From contig CAYGSL010000002.1 of NCBI GenBank assembly GCA_964352475.1, positions 41,384 through 105,383 of the forward strand: a stretch of 64,000 nt of DNA. The letters are read 5' to 3'. Both the position numbers and the translations under genes were made by a program. The notes below the pieces were generated by a model. That model worked only from the letters and a program-made list of their open reading frames with translations. It was not told the origin of the DNA and searched no databases. This document shows, one piece after another, positions 40,116-50,749 of this stretch; position 1 is the stretch's first letter, and the number at the start of each line of letters is the position of its first letter. This stretch comes from an uncultured Pseudomonadales bacterium (lineage in GTDB: Bacteria > Pseudomonadota > Gammaproteobacteria > Pseudomonadales > JAUIET01).

Positions 40116-41519
40116 TTAGCGGGAAGTGAGCGCTTGCTTTCCTTCCGCCACCCGCAGTAACACCTGTTCTGGCGCGGTACCGCCAAGGTGGTTGCGGGCT
40201 GCCAGTGCGCCTTCCAGCGTAAGGAAGTCGTACACGTCATCGCTGATCAGTGTTGAAAAGCCTTGCAAAGTGGGCAGGTCAATCTCGGCGAGATCCAGCG
40301 ACTGCTGAACACCAAAGGCCACAGCACTGCCGACCACTTCGTGTGCGTCTCTGAACGGCAGGCCTTTTCTGACCAGGTAATCAGCCAGGTCGGTGGCCGT
40401 TGCAAAACCTTTCATTGTGGCCGCTCGCATAGCCTCAGGCTTACAAATAATCGCAGGTATCATATCCGCAAATGCCCGCAGGCAGTCGTGCACGGTATCC
40501 ACGGTGTCAAACAGGGGTTCTTTATCTTCCTGATTGTCTTTGTTGTACGCCAGCGGTTGCCCCTTCATCAAGGTCAGCAAGCCCATAAGATGACCATTTA
40601 CCCGGCCAGTCTTGCCTCTGACCAACTCAGGTACGTCAGGGTTTTTCTTTTGCGGCATGATAGATGAGCCCGTGCAAAACCGGTCGGGCAATTCAATAAA
40701 GCCAAACTGCGCTGAGGTCCATAGCACCAGCTCCTCAGAACAGCGCGACAAATGCGTCATGATCAGACTGGCAGCAGCACAAAACTCAATAGCGAAATCA
40801 CGGTCGCTGACCGAGTCAAGGGAATTGCGGCTGGCACGCTCAAAGCCCAGCTCTGCGGCGGTGAAGTCACGGTCAATGTCGTACGTTGTGCCGGCCAATG
40901 CGGCAGCGCCCAGCGGGCTAATATTTACCCTGCGTCGGCAGTCTTGCAGTCTGTCGTAATCTCTATCCAGCATTTCGAACCAGGCCAGCATGTGGTGGCC
41001 AAAGCTGATCGGCTGCGCGGTCTGCAAATGGGTGAAGCCGGGCATCACGGTAGCTGCTTCACGCTCGGCAAGTTCCAGCAGGCCTTGCTGCAGCCGGCTT
41101 AGCTCGGCACTGATGCGATCAATGGATTCACGCATGTAGAGACGAATATCGGTAGCAACCTGATCATTACGCGATCGACCGGTGTGTAATTTCTTCCCTG
41201 CGTCACCAATTTTTGCCGTCAAGGCCGCTTCAATGTTCATGTGCACGTCTTCAAGTGCCACCGACCATTCGAATCTGCCTTGTTCTATATCACTCCGAAT
41301 ATCGTGCAGACCCTGCTGGATAGCAGCCAACTCCGAGGCACTTAATATGCCCTGCTGGCAAAGCATGGCGGCATGTGCCAACGAACCTTGTATGTCTTCT
41401 CGATACAAACGCCGGTCGAATTGCTCCGAGGCGGTAAATCGTTGCACAAATTCGTCGGTGGGCTCGGAAAACCGGCCGCCCCAACTGCTGTTGGTTTGAT
41501 CGCTCACTGGAACTCTCAT
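40116..41519 (-). CDS. argH: argininosuccinate lyase
   Basis: ORF 40116..41558. Start taken at the ATG giving [17 protein letters not shown]. Fumarate-lyase signature [12 protein letters not shown]. Confidence 0.95.
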   Translation of the reverse strand: MRVPVSDQTNSSWGGRFSEPTDEFVQRFTASEQFDRRLYREDIQGSLAHAAMLCQQGILSASELAAIQQGLHDIRSDIEQGRFEWSVALEDVHMNIEAALTAKIGDAGKKLHTGRSRNDQVATDIRLYMRESIDRISAELSRLQQGLLELAEREAATVMPGFTHLQTAQPISFGHHMLAWFEMLDRDYDRLQDCRRRVNISPLGAAALAGTTYDIDRDFTAAELGFERASRNSLDSVSDRDFAIEFCAAASLIMTHLSRCSEELVLWTSAQFGFIELPDRFCTGSSIMPQKKNPDVPELVRGKTGRVNGHLMGLLTLMKGQPLAYNKDNQEDKEPLFDTVDTVHDCLRAFADMIPAIICKPEAMRAATMKGFATATDLADYLVRKGLPFRDAHEVVGSAVAFGVQQSLDLAEIDLPTLQGFSTLISDDVYDFLTLEGALAARNHLGGTAPEQVLLRVAEGKQALTSR

Positions 41520-41567
41520 TGCGATTGAAAACAAGACAGTATACCAGCACAAAAGCACTGCTAGACT

Positions 41568-42665
41568 GTGACAATGGCCACGCCAAAACCAAACCCACCA
41601 CCCATAGAACGCCGCGACCAGGCGCGCGCGGGTTATTTCGTATTACCCGATCTGTGCAAGGTACAACCATTGTTTGTGCTGATCGTAACAGCTCAGCTGT
41701 TAGTAGTGGTGCAAACGCTATTGCTCGGACCGGTAAGCAGCTTCGATTGGGCTCACTTCGCTACCGCTTCGTTCTATGTGCAATGGAATGTGCTGCTGTG
41801 CGCTGCGGTGCTGTGCAAGTTTCGCGAGCGCATTCAGCGTATGCCCATCACCCCCGGCGCTCTGGTTGCCTATGGGCTGATTCTTTTAATGTCTTTTCTA
41901 CTAAGCGTTATCGCGCAGTGGCTGGTGCACACTTATTTGTCACGAGTATCAGGTCCCTGGCGCTGGAATTGGCAGGAAACCGCTTCGCAATTAGCCGTAG
42001 TAGCCGTAATCGGTGGTATCGCACTGCGCTATATGTATCTTCAACAGCAGGTGTTGATTCAGGGCCAGGCCAGGCTGCAGGCCCAGATACATGCCTTGCA
42101 ATCGCGTATTCGCCCACACTTTCTGTTTAACAGCATGAACATTGTCGCCAGCTTGATCAGTACCGACCCGAAACGGGCAGAGCGCGTGGTGGAAGATATC
42201 TCTGAACTGTTTCGCGCAAGCCTTCGCGCCGGAGACGAACTGGTCGCTCTGCGTGAAGAAGTAGACCTGTGTAAGCAATATATAAGTATTGAGCAGCTCA
42301 GACTTGGAGATCGCCTGCAAGTAGATTGGCAACTAGACGAGTCGCTAATGGATGCCAGACTGCCGTCGCTAACATTGCAGCCGATTATTGAAAACGCGGT
42401 ATATCACGGGATACAACCATTGGTTAATGGCGGAACTGTTCAAATAGTAGGCAGAAAGAAAGGTGATGACATTAGCCTGATGGTGAGTAATCCGCTGCCC
42501 GATCAAACTGAATTTGATGAAAAAGAATTACCGCGCGGAAACCGCATTGCGTTGGCAAATACCATCGCCAGATTGCGTGCGCATTTTGGCCCAGATGCCA
42601 ATGTGAAAACATTTAATAACGGAGATCGATTTTCTGCGGAAATCAGCTATTCTGTTAAAAAGTAA
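41568..42665 (+). CDS. algZ: LytS-type sensor histidine kinase AlgZ/FimS
   Basis: 365 aa. Four or more N-terminal TM segments, [15 protein letters not shown] (His_kinase/LytS H-box), GHKL ATPase region. Followed by algR. Confidence 0.85.
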   Translation: MTMATPKPNPPPIERRDQARAGYFVLPDLCKVQPLFVLIVTAQLLVVVQTLLLGPVSSFDWAHFATASFYVQWNVLLCAAVLCKFRERIQRMPITPGALVAYGLILLMSFLLSVIAQWLVHTYLSRVSGPWRWNWQETASQLAVVAVIGGIALRYMYLQQQVLIQGQARLQAQIHALQSRIRPHFLFNSMNIVASLISTDPKRAERVVEDISELFRASLRAGDELVALREEVDLCKQYISIEQLRLGDRLQVDWQLDESLMDARLPSLTLQPIIENAVYHGIQPLVNGGTVQIVGRKKGDDISLMVSNPLPDQTEFDEKELPRGNRIALANTIARLRAHFGPDANVKTFNNGDRFSAEISYSVKK

Positions 42666-42698
42666 CATTATAAAACCTTAGAAAGGCAGCCACCAACA

Positions 42699-43442
42699 AT
42701 GAATGTTTTGATCGTTGATGATGAACCTCTGGCGCGAGATCGACTCAAGCGCATGGTTAACGAAACTCGAGATTGGCGCGTAATCGCTGAAGCCAGTAAT
42801 GGCGCAGAAGCTATTGAGCTGTGTCAACAAACCCGCCCCGACGTTGTTCTGATGGATATCAGAATGCCGGAAATGGACGGCTTGTCTGCCGCCAGACGCA
42901 TCTCAGACGATGAAAATGCGCCTGCGATTATTTTTTGCACAGCGTATGACGAATACGGTGTTGAAGCGTTTGAGGCAGAAGCGGTTGGCTATTTGTTGAA
43001 ACCGGTGCGCCAGGAAAACCTGGAATCTGCACTGTCAAAAGCGCAGCGACTCAATCGTTTACAATTGAATGCCATTAACGCGGCAAACGATGCGGAATGT
43101 ATTCTCAAGCAACGCGAGCACATCACTTCGCGTTCACGCCGTGGTATTCAAATGGTGCCTTTCTCTGACGTTAGAGTATTTCGCGCCGACCACAAATACG
43201 TAACCGCCTATCATAACGAAGGTGACCTGCTAATCGATGACACCTTGAAAGAGCTGGAAGCCGAGTTTCCAGACAAACTGATTCGTGTGCACCGCAATTC
43301 CCTGGTAGCGATTAACTACATACTGGGTATGGAGCGTAATCAGGAAGGTGTGCAATGCCTGGTGTTGGACGGCATTGAGTTACGACCTCAAGTTAGCCGT
43401 AGGCATTTGCCACGGGTTAGAAAGTTGATGCAAACGCTGTAA
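42699..43442 (+). CDS. algR: LytTR-family response regulator AlgR
   Basis: 247 aa. REC (VLIVDDEP, VVLMDIRMP) plus C-terminal LytTR domain (IRVHRNSLV). argH-algZ-algR-hemC synteny. Confidence 0.92.
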   Translation: MNVLIVDDEPLARDRLKRMVNETRDWRVIAEASNGAEAIELCQQTRPDVVLMDIRMPEMDGLSAARRISDDENAPAIIFCTAYDEYGVEAFEAEAVGYLLKPVRQENLESALSKAQRLNRLQLNAINAANDAECILKQREHITSRSRRGIQMVPFSDVRVFRADHKYVTAYHNEGDLLIDDTLKELEAEFPDKLIRVHRNSLVAINYILGMERNQEGVQCLVLDGIELRPQVSRRHLPRVRKLMQTL

Positions 43443-43485
43443 TACACGTTTTCCAAGCTTCACACGCCATTCGTTGGTGTGTGCG

Positions 43486-43520
43486 TAAAAAGACCACCTG
43501 GCGGTGGTTTTTTTGTTTTT
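43486..43520 (+). terminator. rho-independent terminator after algR
   Basis: aaaaagaccacc-tggc-ggtggt followed by tttttttgttttt. Preceded by a second hairpin, cacacgcca/tggtgtgtg (43461-43483). Confidence 0.8.
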
Positions 43521-43597
43521 GCGGCCCTTCTTATAGCAGTTCCTGTTTGTTCATTTAGCTGCCGGCTCGTATCATAGCCGCAGCCAGGGACAACACC

Positions 43598-44527
43598 ATG
43601 ACCAACACATTGCGCGTTGCAACACGCAAAAGCCCGCTTGCGCTATGGCAAGCGGAATACGTAAAACACGCTTTACAAGCCTTGCACCCTGATCTCTCGG
43701 TAGAGCTGGTACCAATGACCACGCGGGGCGATAAAATTCTGGATACCGCATTATCCAAAATTGGTGGTAAAGGTTTATTCATAAAAGAACTTGAGCATGC
43801 CTTGCTGAATGATGAGGCTGACATAGCCGTGCATTCAATGAAAGACGTGCCCATGGAGTTTCCAGACGGCTTGTGTCTTGGCGTTATTTGCGAACGTGAA
43901 AACCCGTTCGACGCTTTTGTCTCGAACAATTTTTCCAGTGTGGATGAATTGCCGCAGGGTGCCAGGCTGGGTACGTCCAGCTTGCGCAGGGCCAGCCAAT
44001 TGCAACACTATCGACCGGACCTCGCGGTGCTAAATTGTCGCGGCAACGTAAATACCCGACTCGCTAAATTGGATAACGACGAGTACGACGCGATCATTCT
44101 CGCGGTAGCCGGTTTGAAACGCCTGGAAATGTCTGACCGCATTGCCCAGCAGCTGGACTCTGAATTGTGCTTGCCGGCACCTGGGCAAGGTGCGGTGGGT
44201 ATTGAGCTGCGCGCAAACGATGAACGCACGCAAGCCATTATCCAGCCGCTGAATCATGGGCTTACCATCGCCTGCGTCAGTGCCGAACGCGCACTAAACA
44301 GCGCTCTGCAGGGCGGTTGTCAGGTGCCTATTGCTGCGTACGCAACTTATGCTGACGACAGCGTATGTTTACGCGCCAGGGTAGCCAGCCCCGACGGTAA
44401 AACCTTGCTATTGGCTGACGGAACAGCAGCGAGCAAAAATTCAGAAGCCTTGGGCCGGGAAGTAGCACAGCAGCTACTGAACCAGGGCGCCGGCGATATT
44501 CTGCAAGCGGTGTATGGCGCGCAATAA
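43598..44527 (+). CDS. hemC: hydroxymethylbilane synthase (porphobilinogen deaminase)
   Basis: 309 aa. [39 protein letters not shown]. Confidence 0.95.
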   Translation: MTNTLRVATRKSPLALWQAEYVKHALQALHPDLSVELVPMTTRGDKILDTALSKIGGKGLFIKELEHALLNDEADIAVHSMKDVPMEFPDGLCLGVICERENPFDAFVSNNFSSVDELPQGARLGTSSLRRASQLQHYRPDLAVLNCRGNVNTRLAKLDNDEYDAIILAVAGLKRLEMSDRIAQQLDSELCLPAPGQGAVGIELRANDERTQAIIQPLNHGLTIACVSAERALNSALQGGCQVPIAAYATYADDSVCLRARVASPDGKTLLLADGTAASKNSEALGREVAQQLLNQGAGDILQAVYGAQ

Positions 44528-44543
44528 CCGGCGCTGAACTGCA

Positions 44544-45317
44544 ATGGAAAATTCCAGACCTGATGCTTTAAAGGGCTTGCCCATTCTGCTAACCCGGCCA
44601 AAAGCGCAGGCGGCAGATTGGATTCGGCATTTACTCGCTTTAGGTGCACAGGTGCAGCACATCCCAACGCTGGCGATCCAGCCTTTACCGCTACCCGACA
44701 ATGCAGCAGAGATGCTGCGCCAAGCGGATTTTGGCGTATTTGTCAGCGCCAATGCGGTATTGGCGGCTGCAGAACTGGCAGGGGATGTAGCGCTGCCGCT
44801 GGCCTGGCACTGTATTGGTAAAGCCACCGAAAAAATAGCCGTCGAACAGGGGTTTACTGTTTGCCCAAATGACGCGATTGATAGCGAGACGCTATTGCAG
44901 CATGAAATGATGCAAAACGTGACCGGCAAACGCTGCGTGATTGTTCGTGGTGAAGGAGGGCGGACCAAGCTGGGTGACACATTACGCTCGCGTGGCGCGA
45001 ACGTTGAGTATTGTGAATTGTACCGGCGTGACGGTGCGTGGCAGAATGCCGAGCTTCTGGCATCATATTTAGCCAGTATGGCAGGCCTGCCTCATATCAT
45101 TATCGCAAGCAGTGCTGACTCACTAAATTACACCTTTTTACTTGCGGAAAAGCGTGAAATGCGGGCAAATGTACAACAAGCGACCATACTGGTACCTGGC
45201 AAGCGCGTGGCGGAAGTAGCAGCGCGTCTGGGAGCTCGGCATGTTTTGTGTGCCGACAGCATCCGATTGGCGGATATAGTGGCTGAACTAGAACAATGGT
45301 GGACGAAGCAACAATGA
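44544..45317 (+). CDS. hemD: uroporphyrinogen-III synthase
   Basis: 257 aa. LLTRP N-terminus, HEM4-like two-lobe pattern. Position between hemC and hemX. Confidence 0.88.
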   Translation: MENSRPDALKGLPILLTRPKAQAADWIRHLLALGAQVQHIPTLAIQPLPLPDNAAEMLRQADFGVFVSANAVLAAAELAGDVALPLAWHCIGKATEKIAVEQGFTVCPNDAIDSETLLQHEMMQNVTGKRCVIVRGEGGRTKLGDTLRSRGANVEYCELYRRDGAWQNAELLASYLASMAGLPHIIIASSADSLNYTFLLAEKREMRANVQQATILVPGKRVAEVAARLGARHVLCADSIRLADIVAELEQWWTKQQ

Positions 45318-46642
45318 CGGATACGGAAAACAGCGGCGACAGTGAGCTGACACCAGCACAGCAGGACGACACTGAAAAAGCGCCCGCCAAAGCAAAAAAA
45401 GCCAAGGTAAAAGATGGCAAGCCCAAGGTAGGATTGCTGTGGTTTTTTGTATTGATCACCTTGTTGGTCAGCGGTGGTGCCGGTTACGGAGTCTATCTGT
45501 TGTGGCAACAAACCGATCAGGCCGCTGTTAGCCAGTCCGATCTTTTAGAGCAAAGTCAGACCGCCATTATCGATTTGCGCGGCGACCTCGGTGATGTGGA
45601 AACCGCATTAGTGAGTGAATCAAGCCAGCGCGAGTCAGCAATTCAGTCTGCACAAAGTGAAATAGGCTTGTTGGCCAAATCACTGGAAAAACAATCTCGA
45701 CACATCAAAGAACTGAGCGCATCCAACCGGGATCAGTGGCTGCTTGCAGAAGTGGAATACCTGTTGCGCCTGGCTAACCAACGCATCTTGATGAGCAAAG
45801 ACGCCAGCGGTGCTCTGGCCATGCTGGATTCCGCGGACGGTGTGTTGCAAGGCATAGATGATGTGTCGCTACACAATGTCAGAAAAGCCATCGCCGACGA
45901 TCTTGCCAGCTTGCGTGCAGCTGACGAACTTGATGTGAATGGCAGCTATCTTAAGTTGGCGGCACTAGCCTCACAGGTGGAAACACTGGAGCTTTATGAG
46001 TTACCAGAGTTTGATTTACCAGAAGTAGATACAGAGCTGCTCACCCCGGACGAACAGCAAGCCTGGACTGAGCGCTTAAAGCAAACCGTTAGCGCTATAG
46101 GCTCGGCGTTTAGCAAAGCCTTTATTATTCGTCGCGACAATGAGCAGGTAGAAGCCATGCTTGAACCGCAGGACGAACTGTACCTCAGGCAAAACCTGCG
46201 CTTGATGCTGGAGCAATCACAGCTGGCCTTGTTATCACAACAACAGGGGGTGTATCAGACCAGCCTTGAAAAAGCGCAGCGCTGGATAGCACAGTATTTT
46301 CTGATAGAAGACAAGGCGACGCAGGCCGCGCTGCAATCACTGTCTGATCTGGCAACCCTGAATGTAGACCCACCCTTACCGGATATTTCAGGCTCATTTC
46401 GAGCGCTGAAGAAATATCAGAAAGATCAACAAAACACGCGGCCCGGGCTGGATTATCAGCCTGAAGAAGCCGCGCCTGCGCCAAGCCCTGAACCCGAGCC
46501 AGCAGCCAATGCCGAACAGGCAAGCGAAAGCGCCATTGAATCCGCCACCAGTGAGGCAGTTGACGCTGCAGAGAACGCCGCTGAAGAAGCTGGTGCTGCA
46601 GAAGCGGTTGATGCCACACCAGCCGCTGCTGCGGAAGGCTGA
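45314..46642 (+). CDS. hemX: HemX protein (membrane-anchored, coiled coil) with acidic Ala/Glu-rich tail
   Basis: ORF 45296..46642. ATG 45314 overlaps the hemD stop (ATGA). One TM (LLWFFVLITLLVSGGAGYGVYLLW). Motif WLLAEVEYLLRLANQRIL. Confidence 0.8.
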   Translation: MTDTENSGDSELTPAQQDDTEKAPAKAKKAKVKDGKPKVGLLWFFVLITLLVSGGAGYGVYLLWQQTDQAAVSQSDLLEQSQTAIIDLRGDLGDVETALVSESSQRESAIQSAQSEIGLLAKSLEKQSRHIKELSASNRDQWLLAEVEYLLRLANQRILMSKDASGALAMLDSADGVLQGIDDVSLHNVRKAIADDLASLRAADELDVNGSYLKLAALASQVETLELYELPEFDLPEVDTELLTPDEQQAWTERLKQTVSAIGSAFSKAFIIRRDNEQVEAMLEPQDELYLRQNLRLMLEQSQLALLSQQQGVYQTSLEKAQRWIAQYFLIEDKATQAALQSLSDLATLNVDPPLPDISGSFRALKKYQKDQQNTRPGLDYQPEEAAPAPSPEPEPAANAEQASESAIESATSEAVDAAENAAEEAGAAEAVDATPAAAAEG

Positions 46643-46653
46643 GGGCCAGTCAA

Positions 46654-47859
46654 ATGATAAAGTTTTTCATTCTTGCCCTGATCATTACCGGCCTGGTCAT
46701 AGGCCTGGCAATGCTGGTTGAACGCGACGCCGGCTACATACTAATCGCCTACGACAATACCAGCATAGAGTCCAGTCTATGGGCCGGGCTGTTGGCTCTT
46801 GCGCTAGTCTTGTTTCTGCTTTACTGGCTGGTTCGCCTGATAATGAAAATACGCTATTCAGGCCGCAGCCTCAGATACTGGCGTGAAGGCCGCCAGGCGC
46901 GCAGAAACGAAGCGCAGGTCACCCAGGGCTTAATTCAATACATGGAGGGTGACTGGAAGGCGTCTGCGAAAACATTCTCACGTGGCGCTGAGCGCTCACC
47001 AACCCCCTTGCTTAGCTACCTGATGGCAGCGCGTGCAAGCGACGCTGCGGGTGATACAGCGCAATGCGAAGAGTTTTTAAAGTTAGCGGAAAGCAGCACG
47101 CCGGATGCAAATGTAGCGATTGGTCTTACTCAGGCCGAGCTTCAATTGAACAAGGGTGAATTTGAGAATTGTCTGGCCAACCTCAACAGAATTCGAAGCG
47201 AACAGCCGGAGAATGTGCTGGCATTGCGCTTGTCTGCCGATGTGTATGAGGGCCTGGAAGATTGGGCAGGCCTGCAACAACTTCTGCCTGTTTTGCGTAA
47301 AAAGAAACTGTTGCCGGAAGACACACTGCTTAAGCTCGAACACAAAACTTTCGAGGCGCGACTGGCCAACGTAGAGACAGCCAATGATCTACAAACAATC
47401 TGGAATGAGGTGCCCAAGCATCTTAAGAAAGACCAACAGTTGGTGGCTGAGTACGCCAATGCTCTGATCAGGTTCGATCAGCATAATGACGCGGAGTCTT
47501 TGTTACGGGCCACCCTGAAAAAAGACTGGTCGGCGAAATTACTTGGCATCTACGGCCAGGTGCGTGGTGACCTGAGTAAGCAGCGCTCAGTGGCTGAAGG
47601 CTGGTTAAAGTCACGTCCGGATGATGCTGATTTACTGCAAGCCCTGGGCCGAATATGCGCAGCCGACGGTGCACTTGAAAAAGCACAAGAGTACTTCTCA
47701 TCAAGCCTGGCAATTAAACCTGATTCTGACACTTATGGTGAGCTGGGGCAGCTATACGCCAAAATGGGCGACAGTGAGCAGAGTAATCAGCAATATCAGA
47801 AAGCGCTGGGCATGGATGAGAGTCCGGTTGAGAATGCTTTGCCTGGGCCTGCTGTATAG
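46654..47859 (+). CDS. hemY: HemY protein (membrane-anchored TPR protein)
   Basis: 401 aa. Two N-terminal TM segments, then TPR-like repeats. Last gene of the hemCDXY cluster. Confidence 0.85.
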   Translation: MIKFFILALIITGLVIGLAMLVERDAGYILIAYDNTSIESSLWAGLLALALVLFLLYWLVRLIMKIRYSGRSLRYWREGRQARRNEAQVTQGLIQYMEGDWKASAKTFSRGAERSPTPLLSYLMAARASDAAGDTAQCEEFLKLAESSTPDANVAIGLTQAELQLNKGEFENCLANLNRIRSEQPENVLALRLSADVYEGLEDWAGLQQLLPVLRKKKLLPEDTLLKLEHKTFEARLANVETANDLQTIWNEVPKHLKKDQQLVAEYANALIRFDQHNDAESLLRATLKKDWSAKLLGIYGQVRGDLSKQRSVAEGWLKSRPDDADLLQALGRICAADGALEKAQEYFSSSLAIKPDSDTYGELGQLYAKMGDSEQSNQQYQKALGMDESPVENALPGPAV

Positions 47860-47913
47860 TTCTTTGTTTGAGTTCGTTACTGAACGGAATTCGCGTTTAG
47901 CGTCGAGACCGGC

Positions 47914-48019
47914 GTTGGGTCGCATATACGCTTTTGGGACACGACGTGAATACATCCCTGTAGTCTTGTGTTCGGGGTCCCTCCCTCACACAGTCCCAAA
48001 AGCGTATATGCGACCCAAC
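47914..48019. repeat. palindrome A: 27-bp perfect arms around a 52-nt conserved core
   Basis: gttgggtcgcatatacgcttttgggac (47914-47940) is the exact reverse complement of 47993-48019. The loop 47941-47992 is acgacgtgaatacatccctgtagtcttgtgttcggggtccctccctcacaca. Confidence 0.95.
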
Positions 48020-48020
48020 A

Positions 48021-48080
48021 CCTCAGTGCAAAAGTTAGAATTCTGTGCTTGAAAAAATAAACCAAAAATCAGCACTGAGG
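48021..48080. repeat. middle hairpin: 9-bp arms around a 42-nt A-rich loop
   Basis: cctcagtgc (48021-48029) / gcactgagg (48072-48080). Loop: aaaagttagaattctgtgcttgaaaaaataaaccaaaaatca. Confidence 0.85.
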
Positions 48081-48190
48081 CGACGAATAGAATAGGCGCT
48101 AGATAGACTGTGTGAGAGAGGGACCTCGAACACAAGCCCCCATGGATGGGTTCACGGCGTGTCTATCTAGCGCCTATTCTATTCGTCGCC
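48079..48190. repeat. palindrome B: 28-30-bp perfect arms around the inverted copy of the 52-nt core
   Basis: ggcgacgaatagaataggcgctagatagac (48079-48108) is the exact reverse complement of 48161-48190. The loop 48109-48160 is the reverse complement of loop A at 43/52 positions. The arms are unrelated to the arms of A. Confidence 0.95.
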
Positions 48191-48229
48191 GGTCTCCAAA
48201 AGAAACCCCAAACCTTCGAGGTTAAACTA

Positions 48230-48658
48230 TTAAACCCAATCAACTTCCCAACCACCAGCCTGCTCCCGCAAACTGGCCAACATACTTCGCTGCGACTCCT
48301 CGGAATGCGCAATCGCATCAACAACCCCCCACACCGGTTTAGGCCAAGCGGCGTCATTAGTGAATCGCGCAATATGATGAACATGAAGTTGCGGAACCAT
48401 ATTACCAAGGGCCGCCACATTCATTTTGTCGGCACGAAAAGCCAATGCCATCGCTTCAGAAAGCGAATTGGATTCTTTGTTTAGCTGAAGTTGCTGATTA
48501 GCAGACAACTGAAAAGCCTCGCGAATATCAGCAACGCGAGGAACCAGAATAAACCAGGGGTAGTGTCGGTCGTTCAGAAGAAGTAGGCGACATAGAGGTA
48601 AATCGCCGACGTGTATACAGTCGGCGGCTAGGCGTTCATGCAGAACAAAGTCTGCCAT
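48230..48658 (-). CDS. HIT family (histidine triad) nucleotide hydrolase
   Basis: 142 aa. Histidine triad QLHVHHIAR. Confidence 0.88.
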   Translation of the reverse strand: MADFVLHERLAADCIHVGDLPLCRLLLLNDRHYPWFILVPRVADIREAFQLSANQQLQLNKESNSLSEAMALAFRADKMNVAALGNMVPQLHVHHIARFTNDAAWPKPVWGVVDAIAHSEESQRSMLASLREQAGGWEVDWV

Positions 48659-48674
48659 CGCCAGAGGGTTCGTT

Positions 48675-49934
48675 TTACTTGCGTTTCATTGACAGGAAGA
48701 ACTCTTCATTGGTCTTCACGTCTTTGAGTTTATCCAGCAGGAATTCTACCGCTGGCAAGTCTTCCATGGAGTGCAGCAGTTTGCGCAGAATCCACATTTT
48801 TTGCAGTTCGTCGTCGGTGGTCAATAACTCTTCGCGACGGGTACCAGAGCGGCGAATATTGATGGCTGGATAGATGCGCTTCTCAGCCGCTTTGCGGTCA
48901 AGATGCAATTCCATGTTACCGGTGCCTTTAAATTCTTCGTAGATAACCTCATCCATCTTGGACCCGGTATCAATCAGTGCGGTAGCGATAATGGTTAAGC
49001 TGCCACCTTCTTCAATGTTTCGTGCCGCACCGAAGAAGCGCTTCGGGCGTTCCAGTGCGTGAGCGTCAACACCGCCGGTTAATACTTTGCCTGATGAAGG
49101 TACGATCGTGTTGTAGGCTCTTGCCAAACGTGTGATGGAGTCTAACAGAATGACAACATCTTTCTTGTGTTCTACCAATCGTTTGGCTTTTTCGATAACC
49201 ATTTCGGCTACCTGCACGTGGCGTGATGGTGGTTCGTCAAACGTACTGGCAACCACTTCCGCGCGCACCGAGCGTTGCATCTCGGTGACTTCTTCCGGAC
49301 GTTCATCAATCAACAGAACAATTATGTAACACTCAGGGTTGTTTCGAATGATTGCCTGGGCAATGCCCTGCATCATCAAGGTTTTACCTGCTTTAGGTGG
49401 TGACACGATCAAGCCGCGTTGGCCTTTGCCGATCGGTGCGACCAGATCAATGATTCGGGCGGAGAGATCTTCGCTGCTGCCGTTACCTACCTGAAGCTCC
49501 AGGCGTTCTGTTGGAAACAGAGGTGTCAGGTTTTCAAAAAGAATTTTTTGCCGCGAGTTATCCGGCTTGGTGAAATTAATGTCGCTTACTTTCAGCAAGG
49601 CAAAATATCGCTCACTGTCTTTTGGCGGGCGAATCTTTCCGGAGATAGTATCTCCGGTTCGTAAGTTGAAACGGCGAATCTGGCTGGGCGATACATAGAT
49701 ATCGTCAGGACCGGCCAGGTAACTGCAATCGGCAGAACGCAGGAAGCCGAAGCCGTCCTGCAAAATTTCCAGAACACCATCCCCGTAAATATCTTCGCCG
49801 CTTTTAGCGTGACGCTTGAGGATGGAGAAAATAACATCCTGCTTGCGTGAGCGGGCAATGTTGTCCAGACCAACTTCTTTTGCGATGTCGATCAGTTCGT
49901 TAATGGGTTTGGTTTTCAGATCAGTAAGATTCAT
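48675..49934 (-). CDS. rho: transcription termination factor Rho
   Basis: 419 aa. MNLTDLK N-terminus, RNA-binding domain (GFGFLR), Walker A PPKAGKT, and the rest of a highly conserved Rho sequence. Confidence 0.98.
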   Translation of the reverse strand: MNLTDLKTKPINELIDIAKEVGLDNIARSRKQDVIFSILKRHAKSGEDIYGDGVLEILQDGFGFLRSADCSYLAGPDDIYVSPSQIRRFNLRTGDTISGKIRPPKDSERYFALLKVSDINFTKPDNSRQKILFENLTPLFPTERLELQVGNGSSEDLSARIIDLVAPIGKGQRGLIVSPPKAGKTLMMQGIAQAIIRNNPECYIIVLLIDERPEEVTEMQRSVRAEVVASTFDEPPSRHVQVAEMVIEKAKRLVEHKKDVVILLDSITRLARAYNTIVPSSGKVLTGGVDAHALERPKRFFGAARNIEEGGSLTIIATALIDTGSKMDEVIYEEFKGTGNMELHLDRKAAEKRIYPAINIRRSGTRREELLTTDDELQKMWILRKLLHSMEDLPAVEFLLDKLKDVKTNEEFFLSMKRK

Positions 49935-50235
49935 GGACTAAGAGTTTCCAGAGTGTTGATAGGTTTTGGGCTTACGCGGACAGGTAGAGAATGTGCGAGT
50001 GTAGTAACTGATTGCAGTTAAACGGCATTGCTATAGCACACTGCTACAAGCGCCTCTGCGTTGGGCGTAAGCGATTAGTATTTGTTTTGCTTGTTAAGAA
50101 AGAAGAGGGTTAGCGATAGACTTTATACGCTAAATATAGTGTGAACTGACTCACAAGTCCAGTAAAAACTACACAGGGAGTTTGCCGGCCCATTCTTAAA
50201 CAAGCGACAAGGCAAAAACCCTGTGGTGGTCTGAC
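49935..50235 (-). promoter_or_regulatory. long rho 5' leader / trxA-rho spacer
   Basis: 301-bp non-coding spacer upstream of rho with no ORF. Rho is known to be autoregulated by attenuation in a long leader in enterics. No specific sites identified here. Confidence 0.35.
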
Positions 50236-50565
50236 TTAGGCAACCGTAGTGTTGATGAACTCACTAAGCTGGTTTTTGGACAAGGCGCCTACCTTCTGGC
50301 CCTGCGCGTCGCCTTTATCGAAAATCATCAGTGTAGGAATGCCACGAACGCCAAAGCGGGCAGCGGTTTCCTGGTTGGAATCCACGTCTACCTTGCAGAT
50401 TTTAACTTTGCCGTCGTATTCGGCGGCCAGCTCATCGAGTACCGGAGCAATCATTTTGCAAGGACCACACCACTCAGCCCAATAATCAACTAATACGGGG
50501 ATATCAGAATTGATAACCTCTTCTTCAAATGTGGCGTCTGTAACGTGAACAATCTGTTCGCTCAT
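50236..50565 (-). CDS. trxA: thioredoxin 1
   Basis: ORF 50236..50580. Start taken at MSEQIVHVTD. Active site WAEWCGPCK. Confidence 0.95.
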   Translation of the reverse strand: MSEQIVHVTDATFEEEVINSDIPVLVDYWAEWCGPCKMIAPVLDELAAEYDGKVKICKVDVDSNQETAARFGVRGIPTLMIFDKGDAQGQKVGALSKNQLSEFINTTVA

Positions 50566-50749
50566 AGGGGTTTGCTCCAAAAGTGGCGACTAGCCAGTGG
50601 TTAAAATTCGCGCAGAAAAACTCGTGAGGTGGTTGATGCAGAGCGAAATATCGTCAATGTAACAGGATAATATGGGCAGCACTGGCATTATTCAAGGGCT
50701 CTGAATCATTGTTTGTTGCGGAACCTCAGCGGCCAGACGCGGTCCGAAA

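Larger units (their letters stand above)
47905..48196. repeat. composite cloverleaf of perfect inverted repeats between convergent hemY and HIT genes
   Basis: An outer 8-9 bp inverted repeat, gagaccggc (47905-47913) / gccggtctc (48188-48196), encloses three abutting hairpins, listed as separate features below. Confidence 0.9.

Noticed and set aside
43467-43475. CCATTCGTT downstream of algR resembles the AlgR-binding 9-mer (CCGTTCGTC) upstream of hemC.
   Set aside because: Two mismatches in a 9-mer, a single occurrence, and it forms part of a terminator-proximal hairpin. That is too weak to call without a matrix scan.
47914-48019. Palindrome A begins GTTGGGT and ends ACCCAAC, resembling integron attC core (GTTRRRY) and inverse core (RYYYAAC) sequences.
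   Set aside because: The order is reversed relative to attC, which has RYYYAAC at the 5' end and GTTRRRY at the 3' end. The stems are perfect rather than bulged. Palindrome B lacks these motifs. No intI or gene cassettes are nearby.
47621-48484. ORF-track entries crossing the palindrome region (47621..48052 +, 47752..47955 -, 47877..48065 -, 48146..48484 +, 48163..48420 -).
   Set aside because: They mirror one another because of the inverted repeats, or they are antisense to the well-supported HIT gene. None has an SD, a motif or coding-like composition.
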